Below the pieces are notes generated by a model. It did not search any database. It had not been told where the DNA came from and saw only the letters and a list, made by a program, of their open reading frames with translations. A DNA stretch of 62,335 nucleotides, the filler included. It is 5 parts of 5 records of this genome, joined end to end, with 100 filler letters (N's around TTAATTAATTAA, not from the genome) between each part and the next. Parts side by side here need not be neighbours in the genome. Positions count along the whole stretch, not along the records: positions 1 to 14,782 come from SRR20825006_1430; positions 14,883 to 32,287 come from SRR20825006_1432; 3 more parts are not named here. One strand, written 5' to 3'. Each line of letters starts with the position of its first letter. The first letter of the stretch is position 1. A program made the translations under genes and the position numbers. Of this stretch, positions 9,426 through 19,735 are shown piece by piece.

Positions 9426-11132
9426 TTAACCCTTGTACGGATAGTCCAGGCTGCCTTTCATGGCGGCCTTGTCGTCGTCGCTGAAGTCCGGGAAGGGCAG
9501 AGCGTCATCCTGGTTGCGTTGCACCGTGGCTGTGCTGCTTTCGGTGTTGTTGACCCATTGCTGAACCGGTACCGCCAGGTGGACGCCGTTATCCTCCAGG
9601 ATTTGCAGGATGCGCAGGTTCAGATCTTCAGCCACGGCCAGGAATTCGCTGTAGGCGCTGCTGTCCACATAACAGTTCAGCGAGATGCGGTAGCCGTCCC
9701 GCAGGATTTCCTCGAAGCGTACCCGGGCTGCACGTTCGGTGAGCCTTGGGTGGCTGTAAATCAAGCGCCGCAGGTCGACCAGTAATTGGCGTAGCTGGTC
9801 GGTGCTGGCGCCCAGGCGAATATGCAGGTCGCGGTGGTAGCGACGGAAATCGGACTCGCTGATGTTTTCGATGCTGGCACTGGCGAGTACCGCGTTGGGA
9901 ACGTACACCACGGTGCGGTCCGTCTGGCGAATGCGGGTAGAGCGCAGGCCGATTTCCTCGATGACGCCGGCGGTGGTGCCAACCCGGCAGAAGTCGCCGG
10001 GTTGAACGGGTTTGGCAATGTACAGGGTGAAGGCGCCAATCACGTTTTCCAGGGTCTTCTGTGCGGCCAGGGCCACGGCGATGGAGCCAATGCCCAGCCC
10101 GGCCAGTACCGTGGTGATGTCGTAGCCGGAGTCGCTGAGCCACAGCAGAAAGATCACCACAGCGGCGATCATTTTGAGGATGGTACGAACCGGGCGAATG
10201 ATGCCGGACCAGTACTTCTGGTTCTGGGCACTGCTAAGGAACAGGGCAGAAAGCAGTTCGATAAAGCCCAGCGCCAGGAACAGGGTGGCCAGATAGCCCA
10301 GGGCGGACTGGTTCAGGTACACCTGGGCGCGGATGGACAGGCCCAGCTCGGCCACGCCCAGCTGCATCAGCTTGAAGAACAGGTACCAGCGAAACGGCAT
10401 GGAGAAGAACTGGTGCAGGGTATCGCGGTAACGATCGGAGTACTCCAGCAGGCGCAGTGTCAGCCGGCGCAGCAGGGAAGAGGCCAGCCAGGCGCCGATG
10501 ATGATCAGTACCAGCCCGGCCACCTGCCAGTTCTGCATATAGAGGATCGTGAAATCCGGCAGATAATCCGCCAGGCGGGTGATGGTCGGGTTGTAACCGA
10601 ACAGCTCCCAGAGGTGGGGGATCTGCTGCACTGTGGCGTTGGAGATTTTCCAGATACGACGCTCGTCATCGCCGGGTACCCGTTGCAGATAGAGGGTCAG
10701 GGTGTCGTCCGGCAGGGTCAGGGTGGCGATCTTGTCCCGGTAGCTGGGCAGGCCGTCATCCCGGTGCCCCTCCGGGCGGGTAGACAACCGGGTCAGGTCC
10801 AGGATCCGCTGCTGGCCCCAGACAATATTCAGCTGCTCCATTAAGGTGGCGGCATCACTGCCGGCCATGTCTGCGGGCAGGTAACGCATGTCCAGGTAAG
10901 CCCCGGCGGCGTCCCAGTTTCCGTCCTGGGCTGCGTTCATGATGGCCAGCATAGTCGATAGGGGGGTATCGCCGGGTCGAATGCTGTCATCTTGCAGGGA
11001 GTCAGCAATCACCGCCTCGGCCTTTTCTCCCGTATCGATGACATCCTTGATGGTCAGCGAGCTATCGTCGGCGTGGCTCCACTGTGCCAAGAGCAGCAGG
11101 CAGGCGATCAGGGGCAGAATTCGGTGCGTCAC
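9426..11132 (-). CDS. MscS-family mechanosensitive channel with N-terminal periplasmic domain
   Basis: Signal peptide; LAGLGIGSIAVALAAQKTLEN, GVIEEIGLRSTRIR, VPNAVL. Confidence 0.92.
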   Translation of the reverse strand: MTHRILPLIACLLLLAQWSHADDSSLTIKDVIDTGEKAEAVIADSLQDDSIRPGDTPLSTMLAIMNAAQDGNWDAAGAYLDMRYLPADMAGSDAATLMEQLNIVWGQQRILDLTRLSTRPEGHRDDGLPSYRDKIATLTLPDDTLTLYLQRVPGDDERRIWKISNATVQQIPHLWELFGYNPTITRLADYLPDFTILYMQNWQVAGLVLIIIGAWLASSLLRRLTLRLLEYSDRYRDTLHQFFSMPFRWYLFFKLMQLGVAELGLSIRAQVYLNQSALGYLATLFLALGFIELLSALFLSSAQNQKYWSGIIRPVRTILKMIAAVVIFLLWLSDSGYDITTVLAGLGIGSIAVALAAQKTLENVIGAFTLYIAKPVQPGDFCRVGTTAGVIEEIGLRSTRIRQTDRTVVYVPNAVLASASIENISESDFRRYHRDLHIRLGASTDQLRQLLVDLRRLIYSHPRLTERAARVRFEEILRDGYRISLNCYVDSSAYSEFLAVAEDLNLRILQILEDNGVHLAVPVQQWVNNTESSTATVQRNQDDALPFPDFSDDDKAAMKGSLDYPYKG

Positions 11133-11391
11133 AGGCTGGATTCCTCAAAGGTGGCGGCTGTTGTGCAAAGGCAAGGCTAGAATGTACCGCTAACCGTGAT
11201 GTCGGCCAATGATGGCGGCCCTGGCTGGGTCGGAGAGAACAGACCGACGGGCCTGTCAGGCAGAGCAATGGCGGCAATTGGCAGGTATTATCCCGGTTTT
11301 ACGGGGGGATTTGCTTTAAAATCCCGTCCGTCGATTTTTCGGGCAGCGCGGCTTGCCTCGAACCTGGACTCAATGAACCAAAGGAAAACAG

Positions 11392-12297
11392 ATGACCGTG
11401 ATTCTGGCCTGTCTGCTGATTTATGCGGGCTGCATTATTTTTATTCGGATGCGTAACCGGGAACCGTTTGGCCTGAAGCGCCAGCTGTCGGACTTTTCCA
11501 CCTTTATGGTGCCGTTCAATATTCCGGCCTATCTGCTCTCCAAGGTGCCCACCACGCCGCGCCTGAGCTTGTCGCATCTGCCGGAATTACAGTTGATCGA
11601 AGACAACTGGGAAACCATTCGCGATGAAGCGGTGGCGTTGTACCACGGTGGCCTGATTACCGCGAAAGAAGATCTGCCGGCCAGCAGCTTTTACAAGGAT
11701 AATCGCTGGACCAGTTTTTATCTGAAAGTGTACGACAACAAGCTGCCCTCGGCCTACGACCTGGCGCCGAAAACCATGGCGTTGCTGGAGCAGATTCCCA
11801 CCCTGAATATCGCCCTGTTCGCGGTATTGATGCCGGGCAAGAAGCTGAATCGTCACCACGATCCGTTTGCCTACACCCTGCGCTACTCCATCGGGCTGAG
11901 CACCCCCAATGATGAAAACTGCGGGCTGACGGTAAACGAAGAGGATTACATCTGGCGTGATGGCGACAGCATTATCTTCGATGAAACCTATATTCATTCT
12001 GCGTGGAATCGCACAGACACCCCCCGCATCATCCTGATGACCGACGTGGATCGTCCCTTGAAGAGCAAATGGGTGCAAAAGGGTTACTGGTTCTTCGGCT
12101 GGTTTTTCAATCGCCTGTTCATGATCGACAACGTGGACAGCAGCCACACCGGTATTGGTAACAAGCTGGGCAAGGGCGTGATTGCCTACAAAGGCTTCCT
12201 GAAATCGGTGAAGAAGAAGAACAAGCCGTTCTACGTAACCGCCAAGTGGGCAGTGGTTTTGGTGGTACTGGGCAGTATCAGTTACCAATTGCTGTGA
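11392..12297 (+). CDS. aspartyl/asparaginyl beta-hydroxylase family dioxygenase (LpxO/OlsC-like)
   Basis: N- and C-terminal TM segments; HHDP...LRY, FDETYIH, PRIIL..DVDRP. Confidence 0.85.
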   Translation: MTVILACLLIYAGCIIFIRMRNREPFGLKRQLSDFSTFMVPFNIPAYLLSKVPTTPRLSLSHLPELQLIEDNWETIRDEAVALYHGGLITAKEDLPASSFYKDNRWTSFYLKVYDNKLPSAYDLAPKTMALLEQIPTLNIALFAVLMPGKKLNRHHDPFAYTLRYSIGLSTPNDENCGLTVNEEDYIWRDGDSIIFDETYIHSAWNRTDTPRIILMTDVDRPLKSKWVQKGYWFFGWFFNRLFMIDNVDSSHTGIGNKLGKGVIAYKGFLKSVKKKNKPFYVTAKWAVVLVVLGSISYQLL

Positions 12298-12454
12298 ATG
12301 TTATTCATTTTCCGCAGAGCGATAAACGGTAGCAGCGCGGCGAAGATCCGCCGTGCTGTGGTTGGCAGCCGTTGAATTGGCGTGACAGTATGGGTGTGGG
12401 GAGATAATCAAAAAAACACCAGACAAAATAAGAACAGAAACAGGAATAATAACA

Positions 12455-12988
12455 ATGATAAGGACTATCATTGCCCGCAGGAGCACGGCGCTCTTGCCCA
12501 TCGTGTTGTTGTCGCTTTCCTTCACCGCTTATGCCGACGTGGCTGTGACACCCGCTGGCCCCTTCTCCGCCAGCGGTGAATTAGCCATGAAAAAAGGTCG
12601 GATACCCGTGTCCTGTAATACCACCTTCGATGGCCGCGTGGGCGGTGACGGTGCGCTCCGGGTTACCGCTGTGACCTTCGGTGGGCTGAATCCCTTGTGT
12701 AAAAGCATCAAGGCGCTGGGCTTGCCCTGGCAAGGGCAGGTGGATAGCCCTCGCAAGCTCACTGTGCATGACATGCAGGTAAAAGTCCGGGTGCCTGTGC
12801 TTGGGGGTGTTTGCGGCCCGGGCCCGGTGTCATTGGTATGGCGTAATGCCGACGCGTCAGCCAGTTTCGAGCAGGTTAATCTGGGGCCGGATTGCGCCAT
12901 GAATGGCACCATGCTGACTACACCGCAGGTGGATATCCGTCATCCGTCGCAAACCGGCACGGTTACACAAAGTGCGAGTTCGCCCTGA
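12455..12988 (+). CDS. secreted PraA/PraB-like protein (activator of alkane oxidation family)
   Basis: Signal peptide ending AYA; TPAGPFSASG...VSC...G...LC....LPW...CGP...C pattern as in Pseudomonas PraA/PraB; start uncertain. Confidence 0.7.
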   Translation: MIRTIIARRSTALLPIVLLSLSFTAYADVAVTPAGPFSASGELAMKKGRIPVSCNTTFDGRVGGDGALRVTAVTFGGLNPLCKSIKALGLPWQGQVDSPRKLTVHDMQVKVRVPVLGGVCGPGPVSLVWRNADASASFEQVNLGPDCAMNGTMLTTPQVDIRHPSQTGTVTQSASSP

Positions 12989-13116
12989 AGACGTATCAGC
13001 TTTGTTATTCCGGCCTGATCGGCGTTTCCCCTGTGCCCATCGCCCCGTTATTATGGCCAGCTTGATCGGCTGCCTGATGGGCGGCCTGGGCACACAGAAC
13101 AGGCAAGGACATAACA

Positions 13117-13791
13117 ATGCAAAATGTGGTGGCGATTCCCGCAAACCCGGCGCTGGTGAACAGCACGGAAGATTTCATCCACGCTGTTGAAAACGACCGT
13201 AAGGACAGCGCGGAGAAGTTTATCCAGATGGCGGATCATCTGACCGACCGTGTTCTCAGCCTGTTCCTGGTGGAACCGGCCAACATGACCGAGCTGTCCG
13301 GTGGCCAGAAAAAAGTCATCGATTTTGCCGTTTCTACGGCGGGTAAAGCGTCCAGCATGCTGACTCGTCAGATCTTCAAGAAAATCACCAGCAAGGAATT
13401 TGCACCGGTATTGGCGAACGTGAAAGCCATGTACTGGCAGGCGGGTGACGACAACGGCAACCAGGCCCATATTTCATTCCCGGTGGATGACGGCTTTGCC
13501 GAGACCTTCCGCAAGGCCACCGAGCTGTGTGCGGCCGGCAAAGGCACCGAGGATGTGGCACTGGTCACCCGCGCCATGGGCGATGTGGCAGACAAGATTA
13601 TCGATGAAGTCTTTGTCGCCAACACCAAGGAAGTGAAGGTAGGTTTTGTGACCCAGAAGGCCCTGAATGTGGGGGTGGATGGCAGCCGCAAAGCGGTACA
13701 TGCGGTGAACAACAAGGTGCTGAAAGACCTGAGTGACGCCGAGCTGCAAGGTTATATGGCCCACTACCAGGGGTTGCTACGCCAGCGTTAA
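13117..13791 (+). CDS. hypothetical all-alpha protein with internal duplication
   Basis: RBS AAGGA; host-like codon usage; two similar ~110-aa halves. Confidence 0.8.
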   Translation: MQNVVAIPANPALVNSTEDFIHAVENDRKDSAEKFIQMADHLTDRVLSLFLVEPANMTELSGGQKKVIDFAVSTAGKASSMLTRQIFKKITSKEFAPVLANVKAMYWQAGDDNGNQAHISFPVDDGFAETFRKATELCAAGKGTEDVALVTRAMGDVADKIIDEVFVANTKEVKVGFVTQKALNVGVDGSRKAVHAVNNKVLKDLSDAELQGYMAHYQGLLRQR

Positions 13792-13807
13792 GGGTTGGCG
13801 TCAGCAT

Positions 13808-13840
13808 AAAAAAAACGGGGCCAGTTGGCCCCGTTTTTTT
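13808..13840. terminator. bidirectional intrinsic terminator
   Basis: AAAAAAAACGGGGCCA-GT-TGGCCCCGTTTTTTT. Confidence 0.9.
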
Positions 13841-13865
13841 ATGCGTGCGGGTGCTGTTTTCAGAG

Positions 13866-14782
13866 TCAGGCTTTATTGCCATTCGCCTGACGGCTGTTGC
13901 GTTGCGGCCGGCGACGACGCTGCCCGTTCCCGGCAGGTTTTGCGCCATTGCCACTATTACCCCCATTACCGTTCGGGTTGCCCTTGCTGCCCTGCTGGGC
14001 GCGCTGGCCGCTACCGGAAGATTGCCCGTTCCGGTTTCTGCCTGCGGAAGCGGGTTTCGGCTTCTTGGGACGTTTGCTCTTGGGAGGCAAGGGTGCGCGC
14101 GCGGCGGGAAGGGGTTCACCGGGCTCGAAACCGGCCACGATTTTGCGCTCCAGCTGTTGCTGGGTCAGTCGCTCAATGTCCTTGAGCTGCTGGAATTCGT
14201 CGGCACTGACCAGGGAAATGGCCTGCCCGGTGGCGCCGGCCCGGCCGGTGCGGCCGATACGGTGCACGTAATCCTCGGGTACGTTGGGCAGGTCCACATT
14301 CACGACTTGGGGCAGCTGCTCGATATCCAGACCGCGGGCGGCGATGTCGGTGGCCACCAGGGCGCGGACCTTGCCGCTCTTGAAATCGGCCAGGGCGCGG
14401 GTGCGTGCATTCTGGCTTTTGTTGCCGTGGATGGCGGCGGCTTCAATGCCGCTGGCCTCCAGTTGTTTGGCCAGTTTGTTGGCGCCGTGTTTGGTGCGGC
14501 TGAATACCAGTACTTGGAACCAGCTGTGTTCCTGAATCAGGTGGGTCAGCAGGGCGGGTTTGCGCTTCTTGTCCACCGGTGCGATCCACTGGGTGACCAG
14601 TTCGGTGGTGGTGTTGCGCGGGCTGATATCCACTTCCACGGGGTCGTTGACCAGCCCCTTGGCCAGTGCACGAATTTCCGGCGAAAAGGTCGCAGAGAAC
14701 ATCAGGTTCTGCCGCTTGGGCGGCAGTTTCGAGAGGATCTTGCGGATGTCGTGGATAAAGCCCATGTCCAGCATGCGGTCGG
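13866..14782 (-). CDS. rhlE: DEAD-box RNA helicase RhlE-like, 5'-truncated at gap
   Basis: [47 protein letters not shown], basic low-complexity tail. Confidence 0.88.
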
Positions 14783-14882
14783 NNNNNNNNNNNNNNNNNN
14801 NNNNNNNNNNNNNNNNNNNNNNNNNNTTAATTAATTAANNNNNNNNNNNNNNNNNNNNNNNNNNNNNNNNNNNNNNNNNNNN
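14783..14882. other. artificial contig spacer
   Basis: N44-TTAATTAATTAA-N44; the linker gives stops in all six frames. Confidence 0.99.
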
Positions 14883-15461
14883 CCCCCCCATTTCCGGGCT
14901 TCGCCAGGTAATTTGTGAGCTAGGGAATGCGTAGGGGTAGCCGGTGCCGATATTGCCGAAGGAGACGCCCCCCCCATCAACGAGGCCAACCATGTCGCTA
15001 GAATGGCCAAATCCCGTAAGTAGCTCGTCACGAAGGATATTGGAACGAGCGAAAAGGCCGAAGTCTTTACCAATAAGTACCTCACCGAAGCTGCCGCCGA
15101 TGGTTCCATAGAATTGGCGTACATCAATAGCCGTGCCGGTGGCAGCGCTTTCACTGTCATTGATAGTGACCCAGAATGATGATCTGGCGCCCAAAGTAAG
15201 ATTTCCTGTTTCCCGCTTCATGTTGAAGCCAATATAGTTTGGCAGGAAGCCCATTTTGACTCTGGATTGTCGGCGATCGAATTGATCGCCAGCACGATCT
15301 ACGTCGTTGTTTACATAGAAAGCATTAATATATCCGTCGGTGCTGAAGCTGGTGCCGTCATCGTCATATAGTACGATTTCAGCGTTGGCTGATTGCACAG
15401 CGAGTAATGGCAGAAGGCATAATGCCGACCGGGATAGAAGTGTTTCATTGGTTCTTTTCAT
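14883..15461 (-). CDS. outer-membrane porin, 3'-truncated at gap
   Basis: Signal peptide ending ANA; beta-strand pattern, DVRQFYGTIGGSFGEVLIGKD. Confidence 0.85.
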
Positions 15462-15693
15462 CTTACGCTCCCTGAAGTTTCTATCATGTTGATAGCAACG
15501 AGTATGGAGAGCGTAAAATGAACGAAGAATACCGCCTTGGTACTGTATTAAGTGTGATGTTTATAGCGTTTGGTCGTGCGACTAAGGGATTAATATACGG
15601 TTAATTTGGTTGTGATTTATGAATCACTTTGCCTGGTGACTAATAAGTGATTTTGCTGTGATGACGGTTTAACTATTCATATTATCGTTTTGA

Positions 15694-16368
15694 TCAGGGT
15701 AGTGGGGTGTATTTCAAGTAAGGGAGGGTCGCTTCTTTTTGTGCAGGAAAGAGCGTCTTTGCGTCATCGTCAGATAGTTTTGGTGATATGATGGCGTCGT
15801 CGCCAGGTTTCCAGTCGGCTGGCGTTAATACCGGATAGCGATAAGTGGTTTGCAGGGCATCAATTGCACGTATAAGTTCATCAAAATTTCGCCCGATACT
15901 CGGTGGGTAATCCATTTTCAGGCGAATGCGTCCACGTGGGTCAATGATAAAGACGCTGCGAACGGTGGTCAGGTTGTTCGAGCGTGGGTGAAGCATGCCG
16001 TAACGAGTGCTGATGGTTCGGTTTTGATCCGAGATAATCGGAAAGGATGGTCGGACACCTTGGCTTTCGTCGATATCATCAAGCCATTCTTTTAGATCAT
16101 TCAGTGGACTCACAGCCAAAGCTAATGCACGTACGTTTCGTTGCTCGAAGGCGCTGTTTAAGCGTTCCACTGCAGCGAGCTCGGTGGTACATACCGGGGT
16201 GAAACTGGCTGGATGGGAAAACATGACGACCCAATGATCCTGCCTCCAACGTTCGAAATGCACATGTCCCACGGTCGTTTCAGCTTCAAAATCAGGTGCT
16301 GCATCACCCAGTTGAAGCGCATGAAGAGGAAGAGCGTACAGTAACAACGTTGCTAGCCAATACTTCAT
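15694..16368 (-). CDS. 1-Cys peroxiredoxin (Prx6 family) with N-terminal signal-like peptide
   Basis: FSHPASFTPVCTTE, GRNFDE, TPADWKPG; MKYWLATLLLYALPLHA precedes the core. Confidence 0.9.
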   Translation of the reverse strand: MKYWLATLLLYALPLHALQLGDAAPDFEAETTVGHVHFERWRQDHWVVMFSHPASFTPVCTTELAAVERLNSAFEQRNVRALALAVSPLNDLKEWLDDIDESQGVRPSFPIISDQNRTISTRYGMLHPRSNNLTTVRSVFIIDPRGRIRLKMDYPPSIGRNFDELIRAIDALQTTYRYPVLTPADWKPGDDAIISPKLSDDDAKTLFPAQKEATLPYLKYTPLP

Positions 16369-16370
16369 AT

Positions 16371-18431
16371 TTACCACCCAAGGGTTATCCCGGCGTACAA
16401 GGTTCGGCCCGGGGCTGGTTCAAAGTAGCCGCGATCAGCAGGGTCTGGCCTGTCGCTATTGGCATTGATACGAATGTTGCTGTAGTAATCACGGTCGAAA
16501 AGGTTATTAATGCCGGTGTGAATTTCAAAACTCTGGCGATTGAATTGCCAGCGCTTTCCAAACCGGGCATTAACAACTGCATGGCTGCCAATGCGTGTCT
16601 GGTTGGTGTTTTCCGCATAAACCTCGCTGGCAAAACGTACATCGCCGACAACAAAAAAACCGTTTTCGGGGCGCCAGGCTGCTTCGGCAAAAACAATATG
16701 TTGCGGCAAACCAGGCATATGGTTATCGCTTACGTCAACGCCCTGTTGATCATCAAAGAAGCGATCGAAACGGTATTGCGCCCACGTCCAGGCAATCGTT
16801 GTGGTCAGGGTTTCTGTGGTGAAGTGTTCCAGCGATAGTTCAATGCCTTCGCGGCGTGTGCGGGCAGCATTCTCGTAGTAGGTTCGTCCGCCGAGTTCGT
16901 AAGGGGTAATTTCGTCTTTGACGCGGACGCTAAACAGCGTGAGATCATAGAGCAGGTCATTGCTGATGGTGCCACGGATACCCAGTTCCTGATTCAGTGC
17001 TTTCTGCGGCTCAAGATCTGGATTGAAGCCTCCCGCGCCAGACGGATTGGCTAGCTCAGTGAAGGTGGGGGTTTCAAACGCTGAGCTGACTGAGGCATAG
17101 AGGGTGTGGGCAGGGAGGGCATGCCAGGCAATGCCGGCACTAAAGCTGCCTTCATTGAAGTGTTGCTTGCCGCTATCGTCTCCGTCTGTCAGGAAATGAT
17201 CTTCTATTTTGAACTGGATCCGGTCGGCTCTTGCCCCTAGCGAGAGAGTGAGGGTATCGGTGAGAAAGGTATCGGTCTGTACAAAAAGGCCACTGCTGGT
17301 GGCAATCTGATCCTCATTGGCGGTGAGTCCAGTAATGACACCGCTGAAACTCACTCCCCGGCGGCCACGATCATCCTGCTGGCGATCCACGTCAACGCCA
17401 ACCAGATAGCGGTGGCGTAAACCGAATAAGTCGAGATCGTGATTATATTCTACGCCTGCTCCGTAGAACGTCCGCTGATAATCGATCAAGCTGCTACCGG
17501 GAAATGGGAGCTGCTGGGTAAAATCGCGTTGGCTAATGAACGCTCGTGTCTGTAACACCCCCCCGGCCAAGGACGTATTGCGGTAACGGAAGCCAATCCG
17601 TTGTTGGTCCACTTCCTGGCCGGCGTCCAGTCGATCCGCAAGCATGGTGGCCTGCTTTCTGTCAGCGTGAGCCTGGGCACGGGTTAGTCCGCCAGGGTCT
17701 TCAGCATACGGTGTATCTAAAGCGGTCAGAAACAGGTCTATTTCCTGGTGGTTGCCCAGTGTCCAGCCAACCCGGCTGTTGAGTTGGTATTTCTCGACGG
17801 CGCTTTGATCACGGTATCCCTCGTAGTTAAGACCGCTGACGCCGAGATAATAATGCGCATTGCCTTTCTGTCCCCCGCTCTTGAGGTGGGCTTTGCGGAA
17901 ACCATCGGCGCCGCTCGACAAACTCAGCGCACCATTATTCCTTATGGTTCGCCCGGAGAGGCTTTCAATATCGATGACGCCGCCGGTAGCATTGCCATAG
18001 AGAACCGACGCAGGGCCACGCAATACCGTTGCCTGGTAGATGGAGTCCAAGTCGATATTGTCCACCTGTGACTGCCCATCCGGTAGTGTTTCGGGGAAAC
18101 CATCTACTCGAACCCGTAACCCGCGGACCCCAAAAGGCGCGCGTGCGCCAAAGCCCCGAATAGAGATTCGTTGGTTCTGGGCGAAGTTGTAGCGGTTTTG
18201 CAGGTAGAGCCCGGGTACCCTGGCAAGACTTTCATCAAGTTGAATGTTCTGTTGGCCTTGCTGAGCAGTTCTGGCATCCACGACACTTACTGCGGCAGGG
18301 GTGTCCAAAAGACTACGCTCCATGCGCGTGCCATCAACCTGTATGGTTTCCAGCTCTGAGGGGGCGGCCAGAACAGTCAGGGGCAGGTTGATTGTCGCAA
18401 GACCGAAGGCGATTCGCTTCAATGAGGGCAT
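16371..18431 (-). CDS. TonB-dependent receptor, YncD/PqqU-like
   Basis: ESLARVPGLYLQNRYNFAQ..RISIRGFGAR, DGQSQ, FETPTFTEL, YFEPAPGR, C-terminal W. Confidence 0.9.
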   Translation of the reverse strand: MPSLKRIAFGLATINLPLTVLAAPSELETIQVDGTRMERSLLDTPAAVSVVDARTAQQGQQNIQLDESLARVPGLYLQNRYNFAQNQRISIRGFGARAPFGVRGLRVRVDGFPETLPDGQSQVDNIDLDSIYQATVLRGPASVLYGNATGGVIDIESLSGRTIRNNGALSLSSGADGFRKAHLKSGGQKGNAHYYLGVSGLNYEGYRDQSAVEKYQLNSRVGWTLGNHQEIDLFLTALDTPYAEDPGGLTRAQAHADRKQATMLADRLDAGQEVDQQRIGFRYRNTSLAGGVLQTRAFISQRDFTQQLPFPGSSLIDYQRTFYGAGVEYNHDLDLFGLRHRYLVGVDVDRQQDDRGRRGVSFSGVITGLTANEDQIATSSGLFVQTDTFLTDTLTLSLGARADRIQFKIEDHFLTDGDDSGKQHFNEGSFSAGIAWHALPAHTLYASVSSAFETPTFTELANPSGAGGFNPDLEPQKALNQELGIRGTISNDLLYDLTLFSVRVKDEITPYELGGRTYYENAARTRREGIELSLEHFTTETLTTTIAWTWAQYRFDRFFDDQQGVDVSDNHMPGLPQHIVFAEAAWRPENGFFVVGDVRFASEVYAENTNQTRIGSHAVVNARFGKRWQFNRQSFEIHTGINNLFDRDYYSNIRINANSDRPDPADRGYFEPAPGRTLYAGITLGW

Positions 18432-18570
18432 GGCATGTACGGCTTTGTTGTTAGTGTGGGGTTTACGCTATTTGCTTATAGGGCTGCCCTCAAGTCATAC
18501 AGTGCGAAAGTACTACTGATGTTCCCCGTAAGTCGCAGTGTTACGCCTCTAATCCATAACCGATGACCAT

Positions 18571-18597
18571 AAAAAAGGCCGCGGTGAGCGGCCCTTT
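18571..18597 (-). terminator. intrinsic terminator
   Basis: AAAAAAGGCCGC-GGTGA-GCGGCCCTTT downstream of the hydrolase gene. Confidence 0.7.
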
Positions 18598-18619
18598 CTT
18601 ATGCTTGAGAGGAAGACAT

Positions 18620-19555
18620 TCAGTGGGTCTTCTTTCTCTTGCGCTGGCTGGCCTGGGCATGCTGCTCGGTGAGCATGCCATCGACGCCGAACAGCTTTTC
18701 CCGCCATTCGTCCAGCAGGGCATCGGTGTCGTGCTGGGAAGGGTGGAAATCCCGCTTGAAGAAATCCAGATACTGGGGCGCCAGTTTGGTGAACAGCCCC
18801 TTGCGGCCAAACAGGAATTTCATGCCTTGCCAGTTGTTTTTCAGACTGAACAGGCGGCCGTCGGAAGCCAGCATGCGAGCCTGGAAAGCGGCTAATACCG
18901 CGAAGAAAACCACGGTAGTGGGGATCATGGCGCCGGCACGAATAGCATAACTACCGCTGACCTTTTCATAGACATCATAGGCAACGGTTTTGTGTTCGTT
19001 TTCTTCCAGAGCGTGCCACAACCACAGTTTTGCGGTGGCTTCATCGAGGATTTTTTCCTGGTGCTCATCTTCGCGCAGCAGCTGTTCGGCGATGATGGCG
19101 GTGTAGTGTTCCAGACATACAGTGGCGGCCAGCTGGAAGATTTTCGGGGTGCGTTTTTGCACCAGCCCCAGCAATTTGCCTAGTGACTTATCCAGCTTGT
19201 CAGTGGGGTAGCCGAATTTCACGCCCATTTCGTTCCAGGCTTCATGTTCTTTGCTGTGCATGGCTTCCTGGCCAATAAAGCCCGCCACCTGGGCTTTCAG
19301 TGTGCCGTCGGTGATCTCTTTACGATAATGACGCACGGAATCCACGAAGAAGGCTTCGCCTTCCGGAAAAAGGGCCGACAGGCTCAACCAGAATGCGCTC
19401 AGGAAAGGATCGTTGTCATAGAAATAACGCGCCGTGGTCTTGTCATCGAACTGGAAGTCGAGACGACGGGGCGGAATATTGACGGTGGCGCCCAACGGGA
19501 CTTTCTGGGCCTTTGACTGGCCGGACTCAATGGTGGTGGATGCTGTTGTTGTCAT
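18620..19555 (-). CDS. predicted metal-dependent hydrolase (PF10118-like)
   Basis: FPEGEAFF, FIGQEAMHSKEH, LEHYTA, WHALEENEHK; RBS AGGAGG. Confidence 0.88.
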   Translation of the reverse strand: MTTTASTTIESGQSKAQKVPLGATVNIPPRRLDFQFDDKTTARYFYDNDPFLSAFWLSLSALFPEGEAFFVDSVRHYRKEITDGTLKAQVAGFIGQEAMHSKEHEAWNEMGVKFGYPTDKLDKSLGKLLGLVQKRTPKIFQLAATVCLEHYTAIIAEQLLREDEHQEKILDEATAKLWLWHALEENEHKTVAYDVYEKVSGSYAIRAGAMIPTTVVFFAVLAAFQARMLASDGRLFSLKNNWQGMKFLFGRKGLFTKLAPQYLDFFKRDFHPSQHDTDALLDEWREKLFGVDGMLTEQHAQASQRKRKKTH

Positions 19556-19735
19556 GGTGTCCTCCTGATCTTTGGCGGCAGGGGCGCCGCTGAATGCCAC
19601 ACTGTGACATTAGATGATGTAACGATAGTCGAGGTTGCGGCGGATCAGGTAAATGGCACTTTGGCGCCCCGGGCGGGGCGCTAGTGCCAGTACACAAAAT
19701 GAGGGATTTTGTGTCCGGTTATGACAGGGGAGGCA

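Noticed and set aside
12301-12525. 74-aa hydrophobic minus-strand ORF
   Set aside because: Arises from the reverse complement of the A-rich leader and overlaps the Pra-like gene
13845-14834. 329-aa plus-strand ORF
   Set aside because: Antisense to rhlE and runs into the gap
14827-14838. TTAATTAATTAA palindrome repeated four times in the window
   Set aside because: Always centred in N-runs; it is an assembly linker, not a biological repeat
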